Position numbers and translations under genes: made by a program. From Octopus vulgaris (taxonomy: Eukaryota): DNA of 64,000 nt. Location: positions 177,692,001 through 177,756,000 of the forward strand of contig OX597815.1 in assembly GCA_951406725.2 (NCBI GenBank). The letters are read 5' to 3'. The stretch's first letter is position 1; every line of letters starts with the position of its first letter. Under the pieces are notes generated by a model, which saw nothing but the letters and a program-made list of their open reading frames with translations, did no database searches and was not told the DNA's origin. This document shows, piece after piece, positions 11,734 to 25,486 of this stretch.

Positions 11734-12419
11734 TGCAATCACCAAAATACTTGTATTCGTATTTTTAACTTTATTTCCTTTGTGCGAATACGCATTATAT
11801 AAATCTACTGTGTGATCTTCCAGGCAGATATATTCCTCCATTATGTTTTAAATTTTTAATCGATATTTCCATGTACCTGACGTCGGAAATCAAACAGGTG
11901 TGTAATTAGGATATATGTATGTGCACGGGCGCAAGGCGTTAATCTCTTTGATTGGTAAATCAATCTATTTGTATTCCTGAACAAATATTTCTCTTCTCAC
12001 ACGAAACATAAGCAGCATCGTATTGCAGATTGAAATTACTGTTCCTAAAAGATGAGATTAATCTAACATTGACGAAATTATTCCGAATTTTATATGGACT
12101 TGTTCGACAGAAAAAATCCAGATGGATATTGTCAACCCTAGGGAAGCGCTGCCATCCCATAATTTCATTGCGATGAACCGCTGATTGGCGCTACCAATCA
12201 TTGTGCGATGACTGGAATATCATAAGTGAGGCAATCTCTGTTATCAGCTTTCAGCACACCACTCCAGTTTCTGTAACTGAACAGGAGATAACCGCTGCGA
12301 AATGCTTGCCTCTCACAGTCTGGATATTTGATGTTGCGAACTGGTTTTGGTGTATTTTCACGATTTGTCTACATGAGAATTTTTTCCATGACAAAACACA
12401 GTAAATGACGTGGAATCAT

Positions 12420-13435
12420 AATGATCTTCAAAAATGGTGAATGAAAGGCCTGTGGAAAATACGCAGAAACATAGCTATTTTCCATCATTGGAAATGTCGT
12501 GCTAGGAACCTTCTAAGTTAGCTCCAGACGATCGTGGAAATGATTCTTCCGGAATCTCAATGTGTATTCCGTGACTCTAGCAGCACAGTTGAGATGAGTT
12601 TCTGTGCCAGGCAACTCTGCAAGAGAAAAGCATGAAACGACGAAGACGCATTTGCCTTTTTCTTTCTATGACTTAGATAAGGCCTTCGATAGCGTTCCAG
12701 GAGCTGCTATGTGGTATATCCTTCATCGTTCGGATATCCTTATCACTTTCTCTCTCTGGTTCAAGCAATGCATGACAAGACATCTTGACATGTATTCCAA
12801 CAGAACAAGCTGTCAGAAGATTTTCCACTCTCGTCCGGACTTAAACAAGGATATATGTATACTATTTTCCTTATATCTTGCTGTAATGCTTCACGAACTT
12901 CTTGCAATCAATCTAGGAGTTAACATCATATATTGATATGATGGAGGACTTTTCAATCTTGGTTGATTGCGATCTGAAAATACATACACAGCACAACTCA
13001 GAACTTCAGTTTGCTGGTGAGAATGCTGCCTTCTGTCATTCAAAAGAACTCTAACTGTCTCTGAAAAACTTTGCTATGGTCTACCATCGAGTTCATTTCA
13101 GAGAAAAGGCTACGGAGTTGCCTTCTTCAAAGATAAAACAACCAATTAAAAGCAACACTGAAGGTCACTGGCCTTGAGACTAAATATTTTGGAAAACAAT
13201 CCTTAGACCGTATCAAGTTGCAGAATTCCATCACCATCTGCGACAAAAATTTCGAAGTTACAAGAAGAGAAAATAAAAAAATCAAACGATAGGAGACAAA
13301 AGTCAACCTCATCCTCCACCAATATTTCCACTCTTCTACACAAGAATTGGTCTTTAGAATCATCAATGCCATCACCATAAATGAAGCGCTCCGCAAGGAC
13401 ACTAAATTCTTGAATACGAGGAAAACAACGATGAT
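12420..13435 (+). mobile_element. RTE (BovB-like) LINE RT remnant
   Basis: ILPESQCVFR..STVEMSFCARQL, FYDLDKAFDSVP, LFSLYLAVML, YDGGLFNL..LRS, ELQFA. Frameshifted and internally deleted. Confidence 0.85.
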
Positions 13436-13633
13436 ATATGCATAAATATATGTGTGTTTGCGCATGTGTGTTTATGTGTGTGTATGTGTCAGTGTGTGTG
13501 TGTGTGAGCGTGAGAGTGAGAATGTGTGTGCAGGTGTCAAACGTATGCGTCAAGTAAATACATAGTTTGATAGCTGTGTAACCGGAAGGAATTTTATATA
13601 GATAAACACATAGACAGGCAAACATAAAACTAT

Positions 13634-14101
<468 letters not shown>

Positions 14102-14609
14102 AACATTATAGTATTCTAATATATTATCTGCCGTTTTCCTCTCCGATTGATTTATTACAAGTGCTCTTTGTGTTTCATATTTATAACATGTTTCATGCAT
14201 TATGGTTCTTCTTTACACAGTCTACTCCCATGAATAAAATATTGATTGTATGTGTCTTTGATTTTTGAAACAAGCATTTTCTATTAGTCTGTAATGTCTG
14301 CGTTCTAAAACAACAGCTTTAACAAATCCGATGTTAATAAGCGAAAGCGTATATTGTCTGAGAAAATAGAAATAAGAAAAAAGGTTATTGCAAATTTGTT
14401 TTAAAATTTAAATATTACATAATATTTAACTGCTTTATATAACACATGATTGAATTCCTCAATAGATAAAGAAGGATAAATGAAAGGAATGCATTCATGC
14501 TCGTATTCAAATGTGACCGTTTTCTTTTTAACCTCTACGATAATAACGAACGTTGCTGTGATGATTCTTAAATGTACGCCAATGGAATTAAAACTGTCAG
14601 CAAGAGTGA

Positions 14610-14766
14610 ATGTGCGCGTGTGGGTGTGTGCGCGTGTGAGTGTGTACACGTGTGTGTGTGTGTGTGTGCGTGTTTGTGTGTGCATGTGTATATGTATTTA
14701 TATAGATATATAAATACATACGCATACAGGTGAGTATATACATGTCTATATTATTGCATATATATG

Positions 14767-14810
<44 letters not shown>

Positions 14811-14812
14811 AT

Positions 14813-14845
<33 letters not shown>

Positions 14846-14942
14846 GTACATATATACACACACATATTCATAGATGCATATATATGAATACAGATGTGCG
14901 TGTATACATATATATGTATGTATATATATATATGTATATATC

Positions 14943-15021
<79 letters not shown>

Positions 15022-15193
15022 GTATATATATATATGTACATATATACATGTAGGTATACACACATATTTATAAATGCATATATATGAATACAGATGTGTG
15101 TGTCTGTAGGGTTATTTATAGTTATGTGTGTGAGTTATGTAGAACGGCCGTGCCCCAGTATGGCCACATGTCTCGAGCTGAAACTAGTAAAGA

Positions 15194-15245
<52 letters not shown>

Positions 15246-15330
15246 TAAATATACATATGCCTTTGGATATATATATGGATATAAAAAGAGATACCTATGT
15301 ATGTATGTATGTATGTATGTACGTATGTAT
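14610..15330. repeat. Compound (GT)n/(CA)n/(TA)n/(TATG)n region with an isolated LINE/SINE tail at ~15146-15197
   Basis: Simple repeats. GGCCGTGCCCCAGTATGGCCACATGTCTCGAGCTGAAACTAGTAAAG matches SINE tail B. Confidence 0.9.
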
Positions 15331-16719
15331 GTTCTGTGTATATGTGTGGGTGTAGGTGTGCGCGTGCACTATCTCTTTCACATTGTACGGAGACCAATTT
15401 TTTTGCTACATACGGTATATTCTGCGATAACAAATTCTTCCAGTGTGTTTGCAAATGTATAATACTAACGTTTAAAATATTATGGGATGTATGTGTTTGT
15501 TTTTTTGTTTTTTTCTGAAAATCGTTATCAAATAAAACAAAGAGGAATTTATTTCCCTGTGAGCGACTATGAGACATTGTGTATATAGTTACAAAAAGCG
15601 ATTACGGAGTGTTTCGTTATGACTATAACACAACTACCAGACTAAAATAATGTATGTAAATAGAAAAACCGTATTTGTCTTAGCCTACCTATGAATACAG
15701 TTTATGGCAGAAAAGTCAAAGCGCATGCCCTTTTTCAAATGAGATAATGTAGTCGAAAGAAATATGACTAGATTATACGTCGTAACAGATATCAAATGTA
15801 ATATATTATATTTGATTTGTTCATCTGAAACCTCTCTTTTTAAGCCTATTCCCATCTCTCGTTCTCTCGTTCGTTATGTGTGCGCAAGAGCTTGTGAACA
15901 GACACACATACACACAGAGAGATAGACCTAAGTGCACAATACTGACAACATGAATAAACGAATACTAACTGACAAATATCTCATATTCAATTCCGTATAT
16001 ATCAAAAGGAAAATGTATATCTATATGTATATATTACACACACACACACCCCACATACAACCACACACATAAATGTATTGTGTGTGTGTGTGTGTGTGTG
16101 TGTATGCGTGTGTCTTTATGTGTGTGTGCGTGTGTACTGCGTGTAAATTTTTTTATCACTCTTGTAAATCGTGTTTTTCTTGTTTTCGCAAGTAATTTTC
16201 TTTACCATATCAGTGTGAAAATGTCAGTCTCAAAGCACTTTGGCTGGGAAATAATTACTTTAACACAAATTGTGTATGATATGAGGTATATACTTGTATA
16301 AGTCACAATAAATACTCGTATATTTCAAACCTCCTAGCAACGTTGCTTTGTATCTAGCTGTCTGTGTTTATTTCCATTTGAAGATAGTTTCAAAATATCT
16401 ATAATCTTCTTTCGTTACTAATAAATACCTTATCCAAATCGGTAATGTGGTGGAAAAAAAAACATCCCAAGAGCTATTTACTTACGTCACCTTAGCTAAT
16501 ACCTCCAAAACTTGTACAGGTTGTTTCTTCCCATTTCTTCAGGATCGATAAATAATAATAATTTCATTACTTTGTTATAATCGACTGTAATCTTGTATTA
16601 AACATAACATTTTAGTGGTGCAATACCAAACGTATTATTTTATTTAGTTTCAAGTCAATTCCCATCAAGTTCAAAAGCCGGTTGTCCAGAATCAACAGGA
16701 GAGAAATATAGTTTCTCTT

Positions 16720-17095
16720 TTATCTCTTTTACTAGTTTCTGTTCGAGAGTTAGGGGTCATGTTTTGCTTCACTTTCGTTACTTGAAAAATTCCTTTGATA
16801 TGTGGAAATTGGTAAATGAAGGATTCTGATGTTGCTGCCCCCATATGCATTTCGTGTTGCTTATTGGGTTCATCTGGAAGTCTTTTGAAAGGACAAGATA
16901 CAGATTTGATTCGAAGACACATGCATCCACCCCATGTAGGCCTCTCAAGTGTTTTCAGAAGATATGGAAGAGCTGTGGGCTCTTAAATCCCAAGGTGTTG
17001 CAATATCTGATCCCCTATATTGATGGCGATGTTGGGATCTTGGAATTATACCGAGACGCCCAGTCTTGTTTTTTGTGTAATTTCCAATGCTAAAG
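16720..17095 (-). mobile_element. CR1-like LINE 3' end (ORF2 C-terminus and 3' tail)
   Basis: Minus translation TLGFKSPQLFHIF*KHLRGLHGVDACVFESNL..RLPDEPNKQHEMHMGAATSESFIYQ, resembling LFN.LP..LR..FK..LD..L..VPD.P. Ends CATGACC..TCTCGAACAGAAACTAGTAAAA. Confidence 0.7.
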
Positions 17096-19069
17096 TTCAG
17101 TAAAAGCCCTTGCAGGACTTTCTAGATGTATATCACTGCATTACAGTTATCTTTCTAAATAACAAATATATCTTGACTAATCAACTGTTATTATATACTT
17201 AAAATATACTTGTCTCTGAATAAAAATTGAAACATGCAAAAAGACTGAATCAAGTGGAACAGGGTTTGATAGCTACATATCCGTATTCGTATCAAAATGA
17301 TTAATGTTTGTTTATATTTTCACTAGACTAAAATCAGACTGAGCAAATGTACAAAAAGAATTATTCATTGCGATCACTTCCTACTGTAAATTCCTGCGCA
17401 GGTTCCTCGATGGACTTATATAAATTTCTGATTATCACAATTTCCCCTATATTTCCTCTGTATGTCACAATAGTGACTCTACAAAGTATAGAAGTTGTTT
17501 GGCCACAGGAAACGGATTGGTCGATGAAAATGTGCGGGGAGCTCTGAACTAGCAGCCATACATCTATTTGTACAAACAAGATAAACTCCGTATATGTACA
17601 TATGAGCAGGCGTATTTATGAATACTATGCATGTTTGAATGGATGTACTTAGACATATACACTATCAAACATGTGTCTGGTTGTATGAGTGGTCATACAC
17701 TTCTGTCACTAACAGATACCATTAACTCCTCTACTTTATTTCAATTGACCTGTCTTTATACATCCATTGACGTTTATGTCGTATAAGGCATACTTACATG
17801 GATACTTACATACATGTATATATGCATGTATGTATTTATGTATGTATGCATATTGCACATAATTTATTATATATATATGTAAATGTGTATGTGTGTGAAT
17901 GCTTGTTCATATATGTAATTTGTTTTCATTTAAGTAGTTTGCCTTCTATATTTAAAGGAAGTACTGTTTTTGGAACATCACAATTTTTCTGTGGAATCTA
18001 CTGCAAAGCAGCCTAGCCCATTAAATCCATTTCCATGAGACATTATTTACCCTTCTTCTTAAAATATACTATTAGTATTATGAGTGTGTTAACTTCTAAT
18101 AATACATGTTTTGTAGAAATATTTCCTTGTGGCAATGGATATGTGTACCACTAATACGTTTGCCGCAGGGTAACACTTAATACCATTGCTTAGTGCTCGA
18201 GGTACAGCTGTGACAACTTTATATAAACACATTGATCATCAGCGAAGATACTAGTAAATTGAACTGCCTCCCAGTCTAGGTGTAAATAACATGTTTGAAA
18301 ACAAAATTAAATAACGTGAAAATCCTAGTTGAAAATCGGCTCTTGTAATTTTAAATAAAATACGCAGATATCTAATTAAGATCTTTCAATTTTCAACACG
18401 CATTTCCAGGACAAGGAGCACGTGGTTAAGTACCCATTAACGATACAGAAGAATGGCCTTCAGCAAGTTTATAACTTTTCACTACCAGGATCTTGTTAAT
18501 TATCAATTAGTGAAGCGTGAAATTGAAAATTTTCAAATCTAATTTTAATTGAAATATTATGTTAAATGAGTTTAAGACAAACAGGGCCTTAGAATGTGCG
18601 ATGGAAACTGCGAAGAATGGGAAATTCTAAAGAACAAGAGACTGAGATGTTTTAAAGAACAAACTTTGTGATATCTGGTAAAATGCTGGTAAAAACAATG
18701 ATTCAAAGTTAATCAAAACACGTAATGTAACAGGGGTCCGTTTATGAATCTTACATTTTCAATATAATTGATAAGTGCTTTATAAAAGAAAACTGCCGGG
18801 TGATTGCTTCTCGTGTTTAAACTTAGATAAACTGCGCTGGTGTTTTCTTTTGTTATGAATTTGTGTATAATAGCGTCTTAGGTGTAATTTACAGCGCTGC
18901 CGCGTAGACGTTTAAAGGTATATAAGTGTCTAGCTTTGTCTACACAGTCTCTTTTATGACAGATCTTTAAATACATTTTAAGTACCCATCCACATATTAG
19001 ACAGAGGGCACTATTTGGTGAATATTTTGAGGGGTTTTTTTTTGTTGCTCCCATGTCGACCACACACAA

Positions 19070-19149
19070 TGACGTATATTTGTCCTCACGTAGTGGTTAA
19101 GAGCGCGGGCTACTAACCCCAAGATTCCGAGTTCGATTCCAAGAAGTGA

Positions 19150-19229
<80 letters not shown>

Positions 19230-19390
19230 TTAATAATAATAATAATATCATTGAAAAATACCTTAGGAATGAAAAATCAAGATCGAAAATTCCCCAACAC
19301 ACCTGATGAAGGCTGGAGGGTATGTCAGCCGAAACGTTGTGTTAACAACAAACAAGATAAGGATAAATATCCGCCAAATGTAAATAATGA
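19070..19390 (+). mobile_element. tRNA-headed element with (AAT)n spacer and hammerhead-bearing Penelope-like tail
   Basis: tRNA-like TAGTGGTTAAGAGCGCGGGCTACTAACCCCAAGATTCCGAGTTCGATTCC (19091-19140), (AAT)n at 19154-19247, hammerhead-like motif at 19299-19342. 19070-19088 is an inverted copy (15/19) of 19358-19376. Confidence 0.75.
19299..19342 (+). ncRNA. Minimal hammerhead-like motif with intact core
   Basis: ACAC-CTGATGA-A-GGCTG(10 nt)CAGCC-GAAAC-GTT-GTGT, with a palindromic AACGTT at helix III and one extra A after the core. Confidence 0.7.
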
Positions 19391-19444
19391 AGATGTAAAT
19401 AGATAAAAGAAATATATACGATTATTCAACATTGATTACCTTAT

Positions 19445-19447
<3 letters not shown>

Positions 19448-19526
<79 letters not shown>

Positions 19527-19579
19527 GTGTGTATGTATGTATATGTATATATATATATAAATGTGTGTGTATATGTAGG

Positions 19580-19633
<54 letters not shown>

Positions 19634-19672
19634 TGTATGTATGTATGTATGTATGTTTGTGTGTATGTATAC
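19448..19672. repeat. Compound (CT)n(AT)n(TATG)n microsatellite
   Basis: Visible simple repeats. Confidence 0.97.
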
Positions 19673-19819
19673 ATGCACACACGTTTATGTATTTGTTTTG
19701 CTAGATTCCTGATGTAAAATACTTTGTTGAAACCTCGTTATTTTTAAGGACGGTCATTATTTTTGTTTTTGCGAAAAACACGCACTCACTATATATTCGT
19801 TCTTCACTTAATGAGCCTT

Positions 19820-20914
19820 CCGTTGGGGAAACACTAGGACTTTGACTTTACCGTAGAACCGGCTCACAGCAGGAAGGTCAAGTTAAAAAGATATCGGATG
19901 CTGCATTTGTTGAGGACATAGTTCTCGTGCCAAATGCAGTGAGGTATGCAGAGGAGTTGATGCAGGAAGTGGAGACTGGACAAGAAGTCGAAGAATGCGA
20001 GGCTGTAAAAATGAATGAGAATACGACAAAGTATCTCGTAGAGAATATTAAGAAGCCAGAGAAGGTTATGAATGTAAGTGGGAAGCCACTAGCGTTGGTT
20101 GTGGACTTCGTGGGAGCCAAATTTGTGAACACAGAATGTGATATATGTGAGAGGAAGAGCAAAGCCTGCTCGGTATACCACTGATTTAAGGCGGCGAGCT
20201 GGCAGGAACGTTAGCACGTCGGGCGAAATGCTTAACGGTATTTCGTCTGCCGCTACGTTCTGAGTTCAAATTCCGCCGAGGTCGACTTTGCCTTTCATCT
20301 TTACCAGGTCGATAAATTAAGTACCAGTTACGCACTGGGGTTGATGTAATCGACTTAATACCTATGTATGTCCTTGTTTGTTCCCTCTGTGTTTAGCCCC
20401 TTGTGGGTAATATAGAAATACGTATACCACTGCTTGAGACCTGTATGGAAGTTGGGCCTTCGTAAAGACTTGAAGATCCATCTGTTCGTTGATGCAATGG
20501 AGTCTGTGCTGTTGTATGCGTCTGAGATTTGGACACTGACCAAGGGACTCACTCGGATGGTGGTTGTGTGCTACAAGACAATGCTGAGGACAGCTCTGAA
20601 CATTAATCAGTATACATGGAGGATGAAGAACTCAAAGCTGTACGAGAGCCTCCCAAAAGTTAGCTCGAAATTAATACAGATGAGACTGAGCTTAGCTGGG
20701 CATGCTCACAATTATTCCGAGTTGATACTGTACTCAGTGCTCTTGTAAGAGACCCTACACGGACACACTATAAGAGGTAGACCGAGTATGACATATGAGG
20801 ATACCCTAAGGACAGACATTAGTCTCTGGGATATACAGGACATGGCAGCGATGATGACAGACAAAACTCGCTGGATAGAACTCCTTCATGGATCTCGGGG
20901 ATTTTACACGACCT
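19820..20914 (+). mobile_element. RTE-clade LINE 3' half, interrupted by a SINE
   Basis: ISDAAFVEDIVLV (FADD-like), KIHLFVDAMESVLLYASEIWTLTK, MRLSLAGH, RGRPSMTYEDTL, MMTDKTRW. The reading frame resumes across the SINE. Confidence 0.88.
20189..20420 (+). mobile_element. SINE family 1 monomer, tail 1, with TSD
   Basis: GGCGGCGAGCTGGCAG head. TSD GTATACCACTG at 20173-20183 and 20422-20432. Confidence 0.93.
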
Positions 20915-21771
20915 AGATATATATTTATTTATATATTTATTCATTCATTTATTAATATGTGTATGTTATGTGTATATATGTATTTGTATGTATGTGTATG
21001 TATTTGTGTGTATGTGTGTATTATTATGCGCATAGTATCATTGCTTCAAAATTTTGAGTTCCGTTTCCAACATTCAGTATATTATTTTTATGATATATTT
21101 TCCGTATATTTTACCATTAGTTCATACAAAATTATAAATATTAATAATATACACTTCAAAGAACATAGCGTCTTTAGAAATATAGAAATGACAGTTTTTA
21201 CTGTTAATACCTTTATATTAATTTAAATTCCTTTGGAGAAAATATTTATATATTTTCTGTAAGTAGTAAGACTTCTACACAGTTTCGTATTTTGTTTTTT
21301 CTTCTAAACACATTGAAATTCATGCAGAATATAATCAAAATCGAATTACTAACTCTGTTCTATTGGTTTTTCTTTTAATTTTTGTTTTATTATGAAAATT
21401 CTATATTTTTAAAATTTATTACGCGTTAATATCTTTTGCAAATTCAATATTGTCTAAAATTAGTTGCGCAAAATATCAAATGCCCGTGATATTGACATTT
21501 CTTTTGGAAACACTATAGATTTTTTTAAATAATTTTAATGCTGATAAGATAGTATCTAACTATTATATACCAATCAATTTCAATTCTTTATGTTATTACT
21601 GCTGATATTGTTTGATATTATATTATCATAATATAGCACTATGAAAATCTACTCGTGCAGTATCATATCGTTTTATTCTTTCAGTAATTATTATGTTTAT
21701 AGATTTATTACTGTGGAGTGTTAGAGAAAATAAACAGTTTCCACACAAACACACATATATATAATTCTTTC

Positions 21772-22644
21772 TTTCTTTTTGGCCCACAGAGCGCTAAACA
21801 TAAAGGGGAGGAACAAGGATAGATAAAGGGATTAAATCGATTACATCGAAATCAGTGCGTAATCGGTACTTAATTTACCGGCTCTGAAAGGATGAAAGGC
21901 AAAGTCGACCTCGGCCGAATTTGAACTCAGAACTTAGCGACAGACGAAATACCTATTTCTTTATTACCCACAAAAGGCTAAACATAGAGGGGACAAACAA
22001 GGACAGACAAACGGATTAAGTCGATTACATCGATACCAGTGCGTAACCGGTACTTTATTTATCGACCCTGAAAGGATGAAAGGCAAAGTCGACCTCGGCG
22101 GAATTTGAACTCACAACGTAACGTCAGACAAAATACCGCTAAGCATTTCGCCCAGCGCGCTAACGTTTCTGCCAGCTCGCCACCCTTAAATATAAATTTC
22201 GTTACTATCTACAAGGGGCTAAACACAGAGAGGACAAACAAGGACAGATAAAGGAATTAAGTCGATTACATCGCCCCCATTGCGTAACTCGTACTTAATT
22301 TATCGGCTCCGAAAGAATGACAGGCAAAGTCGACCTCGGCTGAATTTGAACTCAGAACTTAGCGACGGACGAAATACCTATTTCTTTATTACCCACAAGG
22401 GGCTAAACATAGAGGGGACAAACATAGGTATTAAGTCGATTACATCGACCCCAGTGCGTAACTGGTGCTTAAATTATCGACCCCGAAAGGATGAAAGGCA
22501 AAGTCGACCTCGGCGGAATTTGAACTCGCAACGTTACGGCAGCCGAAATACCACTAAGCATTTCGCCCGACGTGCTAACGAATCTGCCAGCTCGCCGCTA
22601 GGCGTTTCGCCCAGCGCGCTAACTATTCTGCGAGCCCGCTGCCT
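21772..22644 (-). mobile_element. Two tandem SINE family 1 dimers plus a partial extra head
   Basis: Four cores: dimers ~21772-22185 and ~22198-22598, and a head fragment ~22601-22644. Confidence 0.92.
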
Positions 22645-22879
22645 ATATGCATATATATAATGCTACGTCAAAATAGATTTGGAAATCCATCCAACAGAAA
22701 CACGTGTCGGCTTGCAATTTCATGTGAATGTAATGGGAACTGTATGCAGTAATAATCAAACTTCTTTATGATGGCACGATTATAAATGTTCTATGTTGTA
22801 TGAAATCTAGTGAAGCGAATACAAATTATCTATCGACTGAAACAAATAAAAGACTATATATATGTTCTTGCATGTATGC

Positions 22880-23072
22880 GGTCGTAGGATCGCGGTTTCG
22901 ATTCCCGACGGCGTTGTGTGTGTTTATTGAGCGAAAACACCTAAAAAAAGCTCCATGACGCTCTGGCAGGGGATGGTGATCCCTGCTGTACTCTTTCACC
23001 ACTCTTTCTCAAATGGCGGTGCCCCAGCATGGCCACAGCTCGTGAGCTGAAACTAGAATCAATCAATCAATC
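22880..23072 (+). mobile_element. 5'-truncated SINE family 2 with tail B, (AATC)n end and 20-bp TSD
   Basis: Perfect TSD ATATGTTCTTGCATGTATGC at 22860-22879 and 23073-23092. Tail GGCGGTGCCCCAGCATGGCCACAGCTCGTGAGCTGAAACTAG. Confidence 0.93.
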
Positions 23073-23312
23073 ATATGTTCTTGCATGTATGCATGTGTGT
23101 ATAATTGTGTGTGTGTGTGTGTGTGTGTATGTCTAAAATTTGTAATGCATCCGGGATTTGGAGTAAAGTGGTGTAAACAAATATCATATGATTTTCTAGG
23201 ACAACAAACTTAGGAATTAGCTAAAATAAAGATCAATTCTTGATTATATCACAAGTGATATTGATGAGCGAATCTGCTTGATTGTTTCTCCTAATAAATA
23301 ATTTTCTCAATT

Positions 23313-23511
23313 AGCGGTGAGCTGCCAGAATCGTTTAGGACGCCGGGCGAAATGCTGATCGATATTTCGTCTGTCTTTACGTTCTGAGTTCAAATTCCGC
23401 CGAGATCGACTTTGCCTTTCATCTTTTTGTGGTCGATAAATTTTTGTGGTCGATCTAATCGACTGGCCCCCTACTCCTAAATTTTGGGCCTTATGCCTAC
23501 AATAGAAAAGA
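23313..23511 (+). mobile_element. SINE family 1 monomer, tail 2
   Basis: Head and core followed by CTGGCCCCCT..AATTTTGGGCCTTATGCCTACAATAGAAAAG. Confidence 0.88.
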
Positions 23512-25486
23512 ATGAGTTTCTATAATTTCGTTAGCAGCATATCCATCTGTTTATAATTAAATTTTAGCCCAACCTTATAGCAAGGTAATGCTTCAAGTGA
23601 AAATCGCTTTTATTCTCTCACAGAACCGATAAACCTTGCTTTCAGTGACGGAATAGTTTTGCTTTGATTTTTAAAAGAGCGATTATTTAATAATATTTTC
23701 TTTTTTTTTTTTTCTTTATTGAATACCAAACTGATTCCTTATTGCTGAATTGGCTTTGATAATATCCTTTCCCATAAAATCTATTCACATGGCTCTGTAC
23801 TGGGTACTGCTTTTTAATTGCTTACTCTTTACTTTGAAATATTTATTAAGAAAACAGAATATATATAGTAGGTAACTTTTATTTCCAATAAGTTATTTAA
23901 CGATAATACTTCAACATCATTTCCTATAGACTTTAAACTTGCTATTCCTACGCATATTTTAAAAATTGTCACATGGTCAACTCTATGAAATCATTAAGTC
24001 AATGTTATTCTAATGGTGACTATACTTTTTTAGCGTAGGAACGGTAGATCTGGAATCACGCCATGGAATAGTAAATCCCTCCCATAAGATGTTAGAATGT
24101 GATTTTTGAGGTTGTCTTATTTCTTTGAAAAACAATCACTTCTTTTCACAAGCGCTTAATGCATTATATAAACGCATGTATATAAGGGTATATGCATATA
24201 TTTATTATTCAGAGTGTTTACCTTTCTTCATTTCGATTTGCCATTCATGTGTTCCTGCATTTCAATCAGCGATAAAGAAACTTGATACATTATGCAAACG
24301 TATGAAGAAGCTGAATAGTTTGAAGCATGGAAATCTGCTGAATTAACAATGCATGGAGCGGCAGAATACAAACTGTAAATATTTCAAATGCATTCAGTTA
24401 TTTGACCCTTATTCCTGTCATTTGAGACAATGACAGGAGGATTCTGTTGGTCTGATCGTTCACGTACCTGTAGAACTCTATAATTTCAAGAGAAATCAAC
24501 CCCGAGAGGTTTGATGGAAGGTAGAAGAACAGATGACAGGTATTCATTATAACTGAGACAATTGTAAATAACTGGTCGTATACATTTAGCTGAATTTGAT
24601 TTCGTTCTCCCTTCTCAAACTGGCAATTGTGACTTTCGTGACACGGAAATTAAAACCACTTCCAATTTTCAAATTCCGATTTAATTTAAAGATGTTTACT
24701 TGAATTAATTTCCTTCTAAGTGTCCCCTCTTATATCAAATTCTGAGAATGACCAGCGGGAAAATATAGAAAAACCATCTAAATAAAATATTAATTTTCTG
24801 GAGAACGAAGATAGAACCGATAGTAAATCATAGCCTTTTCACTGATTAAAGCGAAAGGTGCAAAATTATATAAAAATAGTTTCATTACAATACAAAGAAA
24901 CATACACTGAAGATATTTCGGTATTTTTCGCGATCTTCAATGGCGTGATACAAAACGAGTCATAAACAGGCAAAATTTGAAAGTAATGCAATCCAGAAGT
25001 AATTTGAATCACGTGCTTGCAGCTATTTTGTTCTTGTATAATCATGAAGATGATAGGGTTTTTATTTAAGAAGGATTCATTCGTTATAAATATTTGCAAG
25101 TTACTCCTTTGCTTTTTGTGGAAATGAAGGAAATCTCTTCGTTCCTTATAGACAGGAAAGGAGTTGTTTTTAGCTGATGCTGTTAGCCGTTTTCGCAGCT
25201 TCGATATTTCCTTCGGCATTTCCTTTATTTCTAAAAATAGCAACTCACTGGGCTTTTCAGTGTTTATAAAAATGTTCTCATACTCTTTGGGTAGATTTGT
25301 AATAGGTTTCGTTCATCCAATTCAGGGTTTTCTTTAGATTGTTATTGTAATAAGAATATTTTGTCTTCAGTTGCTCAGTGCTATCATCAATATAAGAATT
25401 AATTAAGAATAAAAATTCTGTCAGTGTGTATAACTACGCAAAAAAAAAAAAAATTCTGCAAAGGAATTAACTATCGGATATACATA

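Noticed and set aside
17361-17579. ORF with an Ig-like start (PHIFIDQSVSCGQTTSILCRV)
   Set aside because: It lacks the core Trp and second Cys, and has no convincing splice sites.
21772-22644. Regularly spaced repeats resembling a CRISPR array
   Set aside because: The units are ~190-230-bp SINE monomers with no unique spacers, no cas genes and a eukaryotic context.
24866-25243. 125-aa minus-strand ORF
   Set aside because: No recognisable motif and AT-rich composition; possibly old repeat debris.
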